Below, piece by piece: positions 40,603 through 52,611 of a stretch of 64,000 nt of DNA (positions are counted from its first letter, which is position 1; every line of letters starts with the position of its first letter). Under the pieces are notes generated by a model that worked only from the letters and a program-made list of their open reading frames with translations, was not told where the DNA came from and did no database searches. The position numbers and the translations under genes were made by a program. Source of the stretch: the human T2T-CHM13v2.0 reference genome, Homo sapiens; the NCBI RefSeq assembly GCF_009914755.1, contig NC_060930.1; one strand, 5' to 3'.

Positions 40603-40643
40603 TCTCTCTCTCTCTCTGCGTGTGTGTGTGTGTGTGTGTGTGT
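40603..40643. repeat. Compound (TC)n(TG)n microsatellite
   Basis: tctctctctctctctgcg followed by a pure TG run. Confidence 0.95.
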
Positions 40644-40802
40644 AGTTTATTAAGCATTGCTATTATGTTGGGAATTTGACACATCATATCTCATTTAATA
40701 ATCAGAATTATAATGAATCTTCAAGGTAACTTTAACATCTTAACATCTCCATTTTACACAAAGAGAAGCAGAGGTTCAGGTTAATTATTTGCCTAGGGTC
40801 AC

Positions 40803-41196
40803 TGTTTTAGACTGAATTATTTCTCCCCAAAATTTATATGCTAAAGCTTTAACTCCCAATGTGACTGTATTTGGAGATAGGACCTTTAAGGAGGTAATTA
40901 ACATTAAGTGAGTTCATAAAGGCAGGCTCCTAATTTGATAGGACTGGTATCCTAATAGGAGAAAGAGACACCAGAGGTGTGCAAACACAGAAGAAAGGCC
41001 ATGTGAGGACATAGTGAGTAGGTGGCCATCAGCAAGCCAAGAAGAGAGGCCTCATTATAAACCAACTTTTCTGGCAACCCTGCCAGAACCTTGATCTTGG
41101 ACTTCTACTGTCCAGAACTGTGAGAAAATGAATTTCTGTTGTTTAAGCCACCCTGTCAATAGTATTTTGTTATGGCCACCCTAGCAGACTGTTGTA
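40803..41196 (+). mobile_element. MLT1A/B-like MaLR solo LTR inserted into a minus-strand MIR
   Basis: ccccaaaatttatatg ... aatgtgactgtatttggagatagg ... ccagaactgtgagaaaatgaatttctgttgtttaagccac. MIR sequence on both sides (40740-40802 and about 41200-41260). Confidence 0.88.
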
Positions 41197-42224
41197 GTAG
41201 CACAAATAATTAACACTGGAAACATTGAAGTTAGATCAAACCCAGGCCCATTTTACATAAAGCCTACTCCAAGGTCATGCTGACAGAATCGTTCTTATCA
41301 CTCTCATTCTTATCATGCTCTACATAGTGAAAACCCAGCCTCAGTTTATGAAATATTTAAAATATCTGTGATTCAAATAAGCAAGAGTCTCCTTTCCTGC
41401 AGCCCCAAAGATAGCAATAGAGTACAAATATAAATAATTTCAAATAAAATTAACAAGTTTTTACAATTAGTGTTTTATATTTGTAAATCTTATGGTTGAG
41501 TCTTAATATTATTTTTAATGATTAAAATGATAACAAAGGAGAGCACTTAATAGAAAATTAAGAATAGTTAAATATATGTACAGGGGAGACAATATATAAT
41601 GGGTTTGATTTTCATTTACTTTTCCAAATAAAAATGTTCAGTATGCCATATATGGTAGAATAATAGACAGTTATTATAAATAGTGGAATTAGCTTGAGTT
41701 CTGTTTATTCAAAGAATTTATCTTAGAAATGAATTTTTGCCATTATTATACATTATAAACTTTTAGAAAGCTCCAACAGGGTCAGGTTTCTGCTCACAAA
41801 GCATATCCTATAAACAGAGGACACAAAGCAAATACAAAGCAAAAGTCAAATATAGTCTGGAACTGGGAATTAGAGAACAAAGACCATGATTGAAAAGTTA
41901 TGACTGACAATTATTTTTTGGAGAGAATAATACATCAGTTAAGCAAGTTTTTGTTTTTATGATTCAACTAAATTGTTGAATTTATGAAAATTTTAGGCCA
42001 AACACTATTTTCACTTACTCAAATTTTTTAGTGTAAATTTTTCTTTAGATTTAGCCTAAAAGTGCATTTAGTTTGTTTGTCTTACTTCCAGAATTGAATA
42101 TCTCAATCAGATGAGACTTACTTAAAGCTTTTGATATAGAAATATTTACAAAAATCACTGGGTAACAAGTTCTTGGTTAAACTTACGCTGAGCCAGGAAA
42201 TCTGTATTCAATTTTGAGCTCAGC

Positions 42225-42530
42225 AGTGTAGGCTGACAGGCTTAAAACCTAGAAGAGCAGATGGTGCAGTTCCAGGCTAAAGACAGTCTGCTGAAGAATG
42301 TTCTTGCACTCAAGGGAGAATCGTTCTTTCTGTTCTATTCAGGTCTTTTGTCAATGGATTGGAAAAGGCCCACTCACGTGGTGTTCGGGGAGGGAATCTG
42401 CTTTATTCTACTGATTAAAATGTTAACCTCATCCAAGAACACCCTCCCAGAAATACCCAGAATAATATTTGACCGAGTATCTGGGCACCTAGAGGCCCAG
42501 TCAAGTTGTTGCATAAAATTAACAATCACA
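42225..42530 (-). mobile_element. MLT2 (ERVL) LTR fragment
   Basis: gagggaatctgctttattc ... aaatgttaacctcatccaagaacaccctc ... ggcccagtcaagttg ... aaattaacaatcaca. Confidence 0.85.
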
Positions 42531-43353
42531 GGTCTTTTATAGCTACAGAGTTTATCTTATCTATGACTAACAGATGTTGGGTACAATTTCATAGGCTATG
42601 CAAAGCAGGTAGGATAAATAAATGCCCCAAAATACGCTTATTTGGGCTACATTTAAAGCAATTGGATGTTTAAGAACTTGAGTTTGGCACTGGATAAGTT
42701 TGAGAAAATTGGTCCTAGCCTGCTCTGAAGGAGAAAAAACATAGGGGTCAATGTACAGGAGCCGCGACTGGCCCATTTATATATCACCTTGAAACTACCC
42801 AGTGTCATGGTTTTAGCTTTCCAGATAATTTGCATTCTGACAATGGATGCTCCTTTTATCACAAATGCTACTCAAACACATATTGTTAATTGAGGTATTA
42901 GCTAAGCCATGGACCTTGCACGCTTTCTGCAATACGCAGACATTGGTATTGTTTAGTGTTAAAATAACATGCATTAAAAAATAGCTCAAAAAGATTACTT
43001 CCTAACCTCCTTCTAGTCTATACACCTTAGTAAGGGAGCTTGTCACTAAGTGTGGCTGTTTCCAGAAAGAGATCATCCCCCACTAACTGCTCCCTGTGCT
43101 TTGATCGGGATGATAGAGGTAGGGGAGCTATAGGGACCTATTTTAAAAATTAGAGATTCTGCCCTGATGTTTTCTGACATAATTTTTTTTTCTTCTTTTG
43201 ATAGTAACCTTAGGCTAGCTTTTTAGTACACTCTTCACAAAGAGGTCTGGTGGGTTCCAGCCTAATTCTGGTTTAGCCACCTGGATTCTCTTGTTGGACT
43301 GGCATGGTCCTTGATTATAAGGAAAATCATATGGATAATGACCACTTAGCTGA

Positions 43354-43669
<316 letters not shown>

Positions 43670-44518
43670 TGAATTCAGTGTTCTTTGCATTTTCTACACT
43701 GTTCCCTGCAGTGGCCCATACAGGCTGAAATTAAGAAAATAATGGATATCTATAAGTTTTATAAAATTTCTTTGTCCCTCTTGCACACAGCCCTTCCAGT
43801 CAAAACATGTAAGCAGGGGATAATTGAAAAAAAAAAAGTTAGTTTAAAGTTACTGAACTAGGACATACCCATGTTTACGGCAGTGGAGGGGCAATAATGG
43901 CCCTGTCTCTGTGAAGGAAGTGAAGAACATTAATAATATCTTTCAGAGTTGCTCCATGGAATGATTCTCACAAAGAAAATTCCTAGTGTGGCCTTCCTAA
44001 ACTATTGCAAACATAGCACATTTAATTGATTATTGGGTCTGCCATTCCCTGCCAAACAGCTCTGACCAAAATTTGATTGCCATTCCTCTTAACTGTACTG
44101 AAAATATCTACCATAAACAAATAGCAGAGGGTAGCCCCCAGTTTCTGCACCTGCCATACAAACCACCTGGATATTTTCTCCATTTTTCATTCCACTAACA
44201 GTTGTTCAGTCATTCCACAGCACAGATGAACTCAACCTGGCTGGTGACATGAATACCCTCAGGTGGTTCCTCCAAAAGAAAGGCCTAAATACAATTACCT
44301 GAAATGGACTAGAAATCCTACAGCTTACCAGTGAGCCATATTAGAGGGGCCATCAAACTGACCCCTTTGACTGCTATAAGTCTCAGTTGTAACAAATTCT
44401 AAGTGGCAAATTCAACAAATTTGGCCAAGCTTTGTTAGAATAATCAGAGTAGCCTACAGTGTACTCATGGGAAGTTTCACCAGAAACCAAGAAAGTATAG
44501 AAGCAAGTGGTAGGTAAT

Positions 44519-45027
44519 TGCTGGGACTATTTCTTTATGAGCCTCTTGCTTTTCTGCATGTTTTATGAGCAAGACACCTGATTACCTTTTGTTTGAGACT
44601 ATTCTCTCATAGATGTTTGCATAACAAACAACTTGGGAAGATAGAGATAGTATTTACTTCCAAAGTAAAGGGCAGGTTAGCTTACAGTGCTAGAAGACAG
44701 ATAGTGTCTCCTACTGGAGAAAACACAAGACATGCTTATTGCCCATTATAAAAGATGTGTGTTCTTTAAGGTGAGAGTTTCTTTCCTGTAATACAGTCCA
44801 TTGCATATGCAGGTATCATCTGGCCTTCATTATGTCACCCTATGGAAATTTAGGTTTGAGAGATCACTGCAAGAGAAGCTAATACTCTATCTTCTGCTAT
44901 TGCTGTGAATAATAAATTCCTTTGTCTGTGAACCAGAAGTCTCATGTTATCCACCATGAAACTATGGCAGGTTGACTTTTGAGCTTTTAGATATGGTAAA
45001 ATCTCAGAACCTTAGTAGTTCTTGAAA
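44519..45027 (+). mobile_element. ERVL solo LTR (MER76-like) with TATA box and poly(A) signal
   Basis: Matches remembered LTR consensus (gaagatagagatagt ... aaagggcagg; catgaaactatggcagg ... gtaaaatctcaga). TATAAAAG 44747-44754, AATAAA at about 44911. Family name tentative. Confidence 0.65.
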
Positions 45028-47982
45028 CTCCTCCTCCTGTTTCTGGTGAAGTTTTCTGCATTTTTATTTACCTTTGAATTTAAGCTAATAGTTTAGAAAA
45101 ATTTTAACAAATATGTAATATGTTGGAGTTGTTGTTAAGAGAAATGCATACTCCTCATTTTACGCACATCTTTTCCTTATAATTAAATAATGTTAAGTCC
45201 CTAAATAAACTTGAATGTAACCTTGAATACTAAAAGCAAATGGCTATCTTTTATTAATTAAATAAAATTAGTAGCATTTGTTGTATCTTTATTTTCAATA
45301 ATTTAAACAAGATACTTTAGTAGCAAGATTAAAGTAAGCTCTTTATCTTGAGAAGAATTTTGGTATACTTTGTTATTCAGTAGGCAGAACCTTGCTAAAT
45401 TTTAATCTTGTAGAATGTGAATTCCATTTTGACAAACTCAGGTTTATAGTTAACTGATGTTGCTTTGGTAAGAGAAATATATGTACAGTAATTTTTCTTC
45501 CATTTCATTTGAAAATATGAGAAAACATGTATTAAATGCATTTATACAAATGTACAGGATATGTAAAATAACTGGGATTATTTTATGAGAAGTTTGCACT
45601 GTGAGTTACATCATGACATTAATCTGAACAGACCATTTTTGATTAATACACATGGAAAATACACTATAAATTTTAGAATGTTTGTGTTTTGACTGTGGAA
45701 AATTTACATATTTTATGTATCTTTAGATAACTTAGCTCTTAAATTTAGTGCTTCAATAATTTTGCCATTTTGTAAAAACAGATATCTTCCATGCATCTCA
45801 CCAACTGACTGAAATTATTTATTCCTATATGATTACTTTAATTACAAACATAATCATGAAAAGCTTTTGAATGTTCAGATGCACAGTCTACTTCCTGGAT
45901 ACTTTGCTTTTACCGCACGTCCCTTTGTTTCTCAGTGTTTATTTGGCCTTTATTATAAGCAAAAATATGGAAATTTTTACTCCTGTGGAGACATAGGCTT
46001 TTCCTCGTTACCTCTTATTTAAACTTTTTATCACCTATTTGACAATTTTTTAAAGACAAATTATATCAACTATTAATTCTTAGAAAAATGCAACCACATT
46101 TTTAATCCCTAACCTACAACTGCATTGTCTGAATCCTTTTGTGAGATATGTTCTTTTTTTAGCCTTTAAGATCATCCAGTAGGCTTCATGGAAATAAAAG
46201 ACTAAAAGGATTATTACTTGACCATCTTTAATCAGATGTTGCTTGAGAGTCCTAGAAAAAATATGCCATTATTTTAGGAGGTTGAAGAACTGAATAATTT
46301 TTAAAGTCATATGGGCAGTCAGAGAAGACAATCTTTTAGATGTCTCTACCGAATAATATTAACCACTAGAAAAAAAGCGACCACACTGACAATTTTCTTT
46401 AAGGACTGAGAGGAGATTATTTCAATTACCATGTTGCCCTGTCCTTGTCAACTTTTTCTAGGATGGCAGAGCTAAGAAATACCCTTAAGATACATTAAAG
46501 GAGAGGTGGTTGAAAAAGAGAACTAAAATTGTCTGCAGGCTAAGAATGTCTAGTTTAAAAAATAAAACCTGAAAAATTCTCCAACTATTATTTTCCCCAG
46601 CTTTGTTCACTACTTAGTTTATACTCTGCATGGAACTGCTTTCTTCTTTCAAAGGATAATGTCCAATAAGTTGTAAAGAACAATTTGGACCATATTTATG
46701 TGCAAATATTTCATTGATATCATCACTTAATGATTCTAATATTTCCCATGTGTCAGCTTGTGCACTTTTTGTGTAGAATTCTGTGACCAGAAGATAAAAA
46801 TCTACTAGCAGATATTTTCCTTGTAGGGACATGGGGGAGATACAAATAACGATACCTGAGTACAATCCTTGCTATGTTAAGTAGCATTCCACACAAATAG
46901 TTATTATAAATTTCATCCATTTTTCTCATTAAAAGGAAAGAAATCTCAGGTGTTAATAATGTGGCAAGACTCTGAGATCAACAAAAAAACAATTAAATGA
47001 TTTCATAAAATCAATTGTATTAGCAATAAAAACAAAACAGCTATTAATTTCCTACTGACAAAGCAAGCTCTGTCAATGTACAATGTGAATCTGTTTTCAC
47101 CTTGGCAGATGGTTCCCGGGCAGTAAACATGGTCAAATCACATTTATAAAGGAATTTGCCAAACAAAACAAAGCAAAATAAAAATATATCAAGAGCAGAA
47201 TTGTATGCTTTCTTCTAATGGAGTCATGACTTTTGCCAATAAATATTAAGATAGGTTCTGGTTCGAACAGAACTTGAAATTCAGTGACTATTGAAAATCC
47301 AATCAAAATTTTTAAAATTAATCCACATAAATAAAAATCTTCTCAGTGGCTTATGACAGATATTTCACCTATGAGACTGAGAATATAAATTCCCATTCCC
47401 TACCACACTCAAGAATTTTAAAAAATCAGAGTGTTAATAATACACAAGCATAATCATGCCATTTCACCCCAGCCCCTAACAGTAGTAGAATCAGACATGA
47501 GCCAGTGTAAGTTTTAACAAGGAGAAAGTACTCTGAGTATACAGAATGGGATAAAATGTTTTTACAGTTGCCTGTGGATGGTTCTTGAGGCACTGCTAAA
47601 GTTTTCTTGCATGGGCATTCAGAACTCTCCCTTCCCTTGGTATCCTTCCTTTTCTTTCATATTTTCATCCTGCTCCTATGTGACCTCTCGCCTTTTTCCA
47701 TGTTAGAAAGTCCTTTTGTGCCTAGAACTTCACATGCTTCCAAGTAGAGCACTCATAAGTCTCCTTTACCAGTAGTGACCACCCTCATCGCATTGCTTTT
47801 AAAAGCTTCTTCCCCTGGTTAATGGTGGGTTTGGGGATGAGGGCTGAAAGGGCTAGGAGAAAGGGAGAGATTATAGAACATGTGGCATTCCACTGGTGAA
47901 GATACAGTTGCATAAACAACTTCAATACGCACCATAAACTGAGCTGCCACTCCCATATAACTTTTCTCCATATATATTCTTC

Positions 47983-47985
<3 letters not shown>

Positions 47986-48025
<40 letters not shown>
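47986..48025 (+). repeat. Pure A40 homopolymer with no attached Alu or L1
   Basis: Counted directly; flanks are ttcttcagt and gtttaag. Confidence 0.95.
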
Positions 48026-48029
<4 letters not shown>

Positions 48030-48569
48030 AAGAAAATAGGAGTAGGACCTAACAGAAAAACAGGGAGCCAAGATTCCAAAGTTTGAGATCTTCTTCAGTG
48101 GTTTAGAACAGATCTTCATTTTATAGGAAGTTGAAAATGTCCCTTGCTAAAACACAATTAAAAAAATTAATTTCTAATGACATCTTTAAACACATAATAG
48201 TCACAGAGTTCAATATTTGAAAGATACAGAACAATATGAAGTGGAAATTCTCTCTCTCTCACTGAGTTTTCTTCCTAGGAGGAAATCAGTTTTATGAGTT
48301 TCCAAATAAAATATTTAAAGATAGAAGCAAAGGCATGATTTTTGAAGTTCTAGAATATGGGTCCACAACGATAATAGTGCATTCACTTCAAAATAAGTAC
48401 AGATATGTTATCCGTACTTATTCTAGGAGCCTCCATTGAAGTACCCACAAAGGTCTATCAGAATATCACCAAATCTGTCTCATCACATTCACTCTCATGG
48501 TCCTGCTCTCTTTCTATGCTAATACTCCTTTATTTGCTCTCTTAGCAGAAGAGTTGCTTAATAAAAAAA

Positions 48570-48760
48570 AGTATGATATTCAAAACAAGGTTCAAACCTT
48601 AATTGTCACATAATGACAGATAAGTCTTTTCATCGTTGTTTCTCTATTTCTCCATCTGAGACATGGAAATAGTATATATCTGTTATTACTTCATAGGCAA
48701 TAGCAGAGGTGAAATATATGAAAATCTATTGAATTACTTAGAAGAAATATGCTACATAAA
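48570..48760 (+). mobile_element. MIR relic
   Basis: ggttcaaacctt ... tttctccatctgagacatggaaatagtata ... cttcatagg ... gaaatatatgaaaa. Confidence 0.55.
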
Positions 48761-49719
48761 CCCCCACTACTGTAAAATCATGTTTAAAATAAGAAAAGAG
48801 CAAAAATCAAGATGGAAATCTTATCTAGCTCCCATAGGTCATAGATGTTATATTGTAGAAGGAATAAAAACTCTTCTCTAAAAGGTTATCAATGGCTTTG
48901 TGATAGACATAGGTGTCTACTCTCCGAGGCAGAAACTCCTGATGAATGCAAAATTTCCTAGAACTCATTTTTCCTCCACATTTCATTTAGTTTGTCATAA
49001 ACTATATTTTCACTAAAATCAAGAGTTAAGTAAAACTAGATAGTATAAGAAGACAAGAAAAACTATGATGTGGGCAAAGGAGAAGATAAGCAAATAAGAA
49101 TCTAATTAATGTTTTGTACCATTCCTGAAAGCTGATGAAGTTTCTTTTCACAATCAGTGCAGGGAGAATGAACAGTAACTTGAAACAGAAAACCAAAGAC
49201 AATAAACAAGTTCATCAAATAAATTAACAAAAAATGAATGTTTGATAACTTGTCATCCCATTACTTTTCTACTTTGCAAGAGCTCCTCGTAACATCAGTG
49301 TACTTACGATAATATTTGTCAACCTAGAAATTACATTTTTGAAATAACCCAACATTAGAAACATCATTGGGTTCATCATCACACAGAGGAACATTATCAT
49401 CCCCTCTAATTAAAAACAAATTTTATCCTAGTGATGTTAGACCTAAAAATCTGCTGTCTCATCACATGTATGAAAACAAGTGATGTCAATAGTCTCAGCA
49501 CAATTTAAATGTGTAATTATGTTATTTGACTACATAGTCTCTGGAGTATTCTTAAGAAAATTTTCCCATGATTGTGTGTGTGCATGTGTATGCCCCATTC
49601 TTTTCCAAAAAACTGTCAACACCAAGACATATCAAAAATTTATCTCTATACTAAGCACTATCTTTGTAAAATGGCCTTAGTGAAGTCAGCGCTTCTGGAA
49701 CTGTATTTTCTCTCTGCAG

Positions 49720-49950
49720 AAAGTACGCTAGACTTTTCATCTTCCTCTCTAGAGTACTTCAGAGAACTGGACTAACCAGTGAGGCAGTTAGGAAGACTAA
49801 GTAATTAATAAGGAATGGAGCCATCATTCCCTGAAACAGCTGTGTGGGATTGCTTCCAACCACACCAGCAAACAGGCTAATGCAGACGGAGCCACCTGCT
49901 CTTCCCAGTGGTGTTGCTTCCAATGCACTGGGCTACCCCTTAGCTTTCAG
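49720..49950 (+). ncRNA. Candidate internal exon of a spliced + strand transcript (lncRNA-like)
   Basis: Acceptor tattttctctctgcag (AG 49718-49719; alternative AG 49751-49752), donor CAG/gtatgt at 49950/49951, GC-richer than the flanks. Prediction only. Confidence 0.35.
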
Positions 49951-51789
49951 GTATGTTCATATTGACAGTAATTTGAAATAGGTCGAATAAAATACCCAAG
50001 AGAAGAAGTCCAGCAGGCTATCATAGAAAGCACTGCATATTTTAGGCACTTTCTGAATATTCTTTGATTATGATCCTGCCAAAGCCATTTGCTTCCTAGA
50101 GCAAGAAAACACAATACGGAACTTGGATGTCTCAACTCTGAAAGCAATCAAGTGTTCTGATAAGAGACAAAGGAGCTCACATTGTTGGAGCATGTTTTTT
50201 CTCTCATCATCTCAGTTCCCTTGTTGCCATGGTCACCTCTCAGCACAGCAGAGCTCCCCAGTAACAACACTTTGATGCTGCATTCCTTCTTCTTGTCCAT
50301 TTCCTTGTTTCATCTTATTGTGTCTCCCACTTTCCCTAACCGGCACGACTTCTCTCCACTTTTGATACAGCCTGGCAAGAAGAAAGACATTGAAGACGTT
50401 AATGGTTTATGTTTTAAAACCCCAGACATGAAACTAAGACCTCTAACTTGTTATAGACATAATGGTTTTGTATTATGCAGCAACAGAGAACGCAAGTTCC
50501 TATCTACTGTCTGTCATATATAATAAGTCCAAATGCTCATTACAGGACTGGACCTTACCAACTGGTTTTTGAATTATATCTATAGTCTTGATTATAAGGA
50601 ATTAAATTTTGTGGTAGTGTACAAGTGGAGGGTGTTATACTGGCTCATACAAGCAGTTGTTCCTGAATATATCACGCAGAAAGAATGAAAGAGATGGTTC
50701 AGAATAAACCAGGGTTCCAAATATACATAGTGCCTAGTGTCTTGAGATTTACATGTTCTTTGAGAGACAGACATCTGTGAATTTCTTAGAGGATTCAGAA
50801 TTCCTGGAATTAAATGTATTATAAGGAGGCCATTTAGGGTGGCCACAAAGAGATGACCCTCAGAAGAAAGTATTAGAGATTATGTGTGGATTTTTCCTTA
50901 AATAGTTCTATTCCTTGCTACTCAGATGTTGCATTGTCTCTTAAAGTGCTATTTGTCAAACTAAGCAAATTTTGTTGTAGCTATTTTAAGAACATGCCTT
51001 CCTAGGCTAGCAAAATTATAGTTGTTAATTTTTTTTTTTTTTTTTTTTTAGTTTGTTAGGGTTTGATTTTCGCTGCTGGTCCTTTTTTTAAACGAACTGT
51101 CTATTTTGAATTACTGCCATTTGATTGTACTTTTGCCTGGGGGGTATTTTACCAAGAGCGCAGCAAACTGAAAAATAAATGAGATTTGCATACTTGTAAG
51201 GTCTTTGAAATCTACTGGGGAGAGATTATAAAGATTAAACGAGTCTATAAATAAGAGGCTATTCCTCCAATCACCTGATATAAAAATGTTTATAAAAATA
51301 AGACTTGTAAATATGTGGTCTTTATGTTTAAGGGAAAAGTGGGGATGCAGCTTATTTTTAAAGATAGAGCCATATTTCTCCGTTTATATTTAATAATCCA
51401 TGACATTTTTAACTCAAAAGACTGAAAGGGAAAGGAATTCCTAAGCATTTTGATTTGCCATATTTATGTTCAGGAAATAATAAAAAACAGCTTCACACAA
51501 ATCAAGTTACCCTTTCTTAAAGGAGATGACAAAGGTTCCTAAAATCATGATCTTTTAGACATGTGGTAAATTGTGAAAAATCAGTACTTTATGAACTGGG
51601 GAAAAACACCATTTATAGTTGCTGAAAATCAATTTTATCTTTTATGTCTTTGGTGAAGAAATATTCCTCATGCTAGAGAACTGGGCATTCCAGTTCTATT
51701 TTCTCCTTTTACTTGTCATTTTTATTAATGCCAAGACAAGGCGGCCAAGCACTCTTAACGGCTGCTCAGTGGAGATACTAAAAGAGTTA

Positions 51790-52175
51790 AAGAAAAGCAG
51801 AGAAGCCGACAGCACAGCCTGCAGTCTGTGGCCGAAGGCCTGAGAGCCTCTGGCAAACCACTAGTGTAAGCTCAAGAGTACAAAAGCCAAAGAACCTGGA
51901 GTCTGATGTTTGAGAGCAGGAAGCATCCAGCACGGGAGAAAGATGAAGACCGGAAGACTCAGCAAGTCTGTATTTCCACTTTCCTCTGCCTGCCTCATTC
52001 TAGCCGCGCTGGCAGCTGGTTAGATGGTGCCCACCCAGATTGAGGTTGGGTCTGCCTCTTCTAGTCCACTGACTCAAATGTTAATCTCCTTTGGCAGCAT
52101 TCTCACAGATACACTGATGAACAAAACTTTGCATCCTTCAATCCAGTCAAATTGACACTCAATATTAACCATCAC
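51790..52175 (-). mobile_element. MLT2A/B (ERVL) LTR, partial
   Basis: ggagtctgatgtttgagagcaggaagcatccagcacgggagaaagatg ... ccactgactcaaatgttaatctcctttggca ... aatattaaccatcaca. Confidence 0.9.
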
Positions 52176-52509
52176 ATTAGGCAAATCATAATGCTAAATA
52201 AAATCAGAATATGGCAAAAAATTAATATCTTTAAAAACTTTCAGCTTTCTTCTGTAGTGTAATTTAGACACCGAAAGTATCACAGAATAACAGAAAAACC
52301 ATCTACCTTATTCCCCCTTTGGAACCTAGCCTGGGAATATTTCATCATATTTTCAATGACAAAGTACATAAACATTTGCATATCTAAGTTAAATTGCAGT
52401 TGTTTGTATTCAACCATTGATGCTACTTATAATAGTCTTCTTTCCCATACTGTAAAAAGTGCTGGAAATAATAACATTGACCAATGCTCTTGGGGATGTA
52501 CTTTAAATG

Positions 52510-52611
52510 CAGTGGTTCTCAGTGGTGATCATTTCTCCTCAGAACACACTTTGAAACGTTTCTAAGCTCATGTCTCCAAGGAGAAAAATCATCCCCAGTT
52601 GAGAGCCACTG
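52510..52611. mobile_element. ~100-bp hAT-Charlie MITE (MER20/MER5-type termini)
   Basis: Terminal inverted repeats cagtggttctca / tgagagccactg with extended internal complementarity. Confidence 0.7.

Noticed and set aside
46614-46865. Protein-like 83-aa minus-strand ORF as a coding exon
   Set aside because: No recognisable homology, a non-ATG start, only a weak AAG acceptor and no good donor. ORFs of this length are expected by chance.
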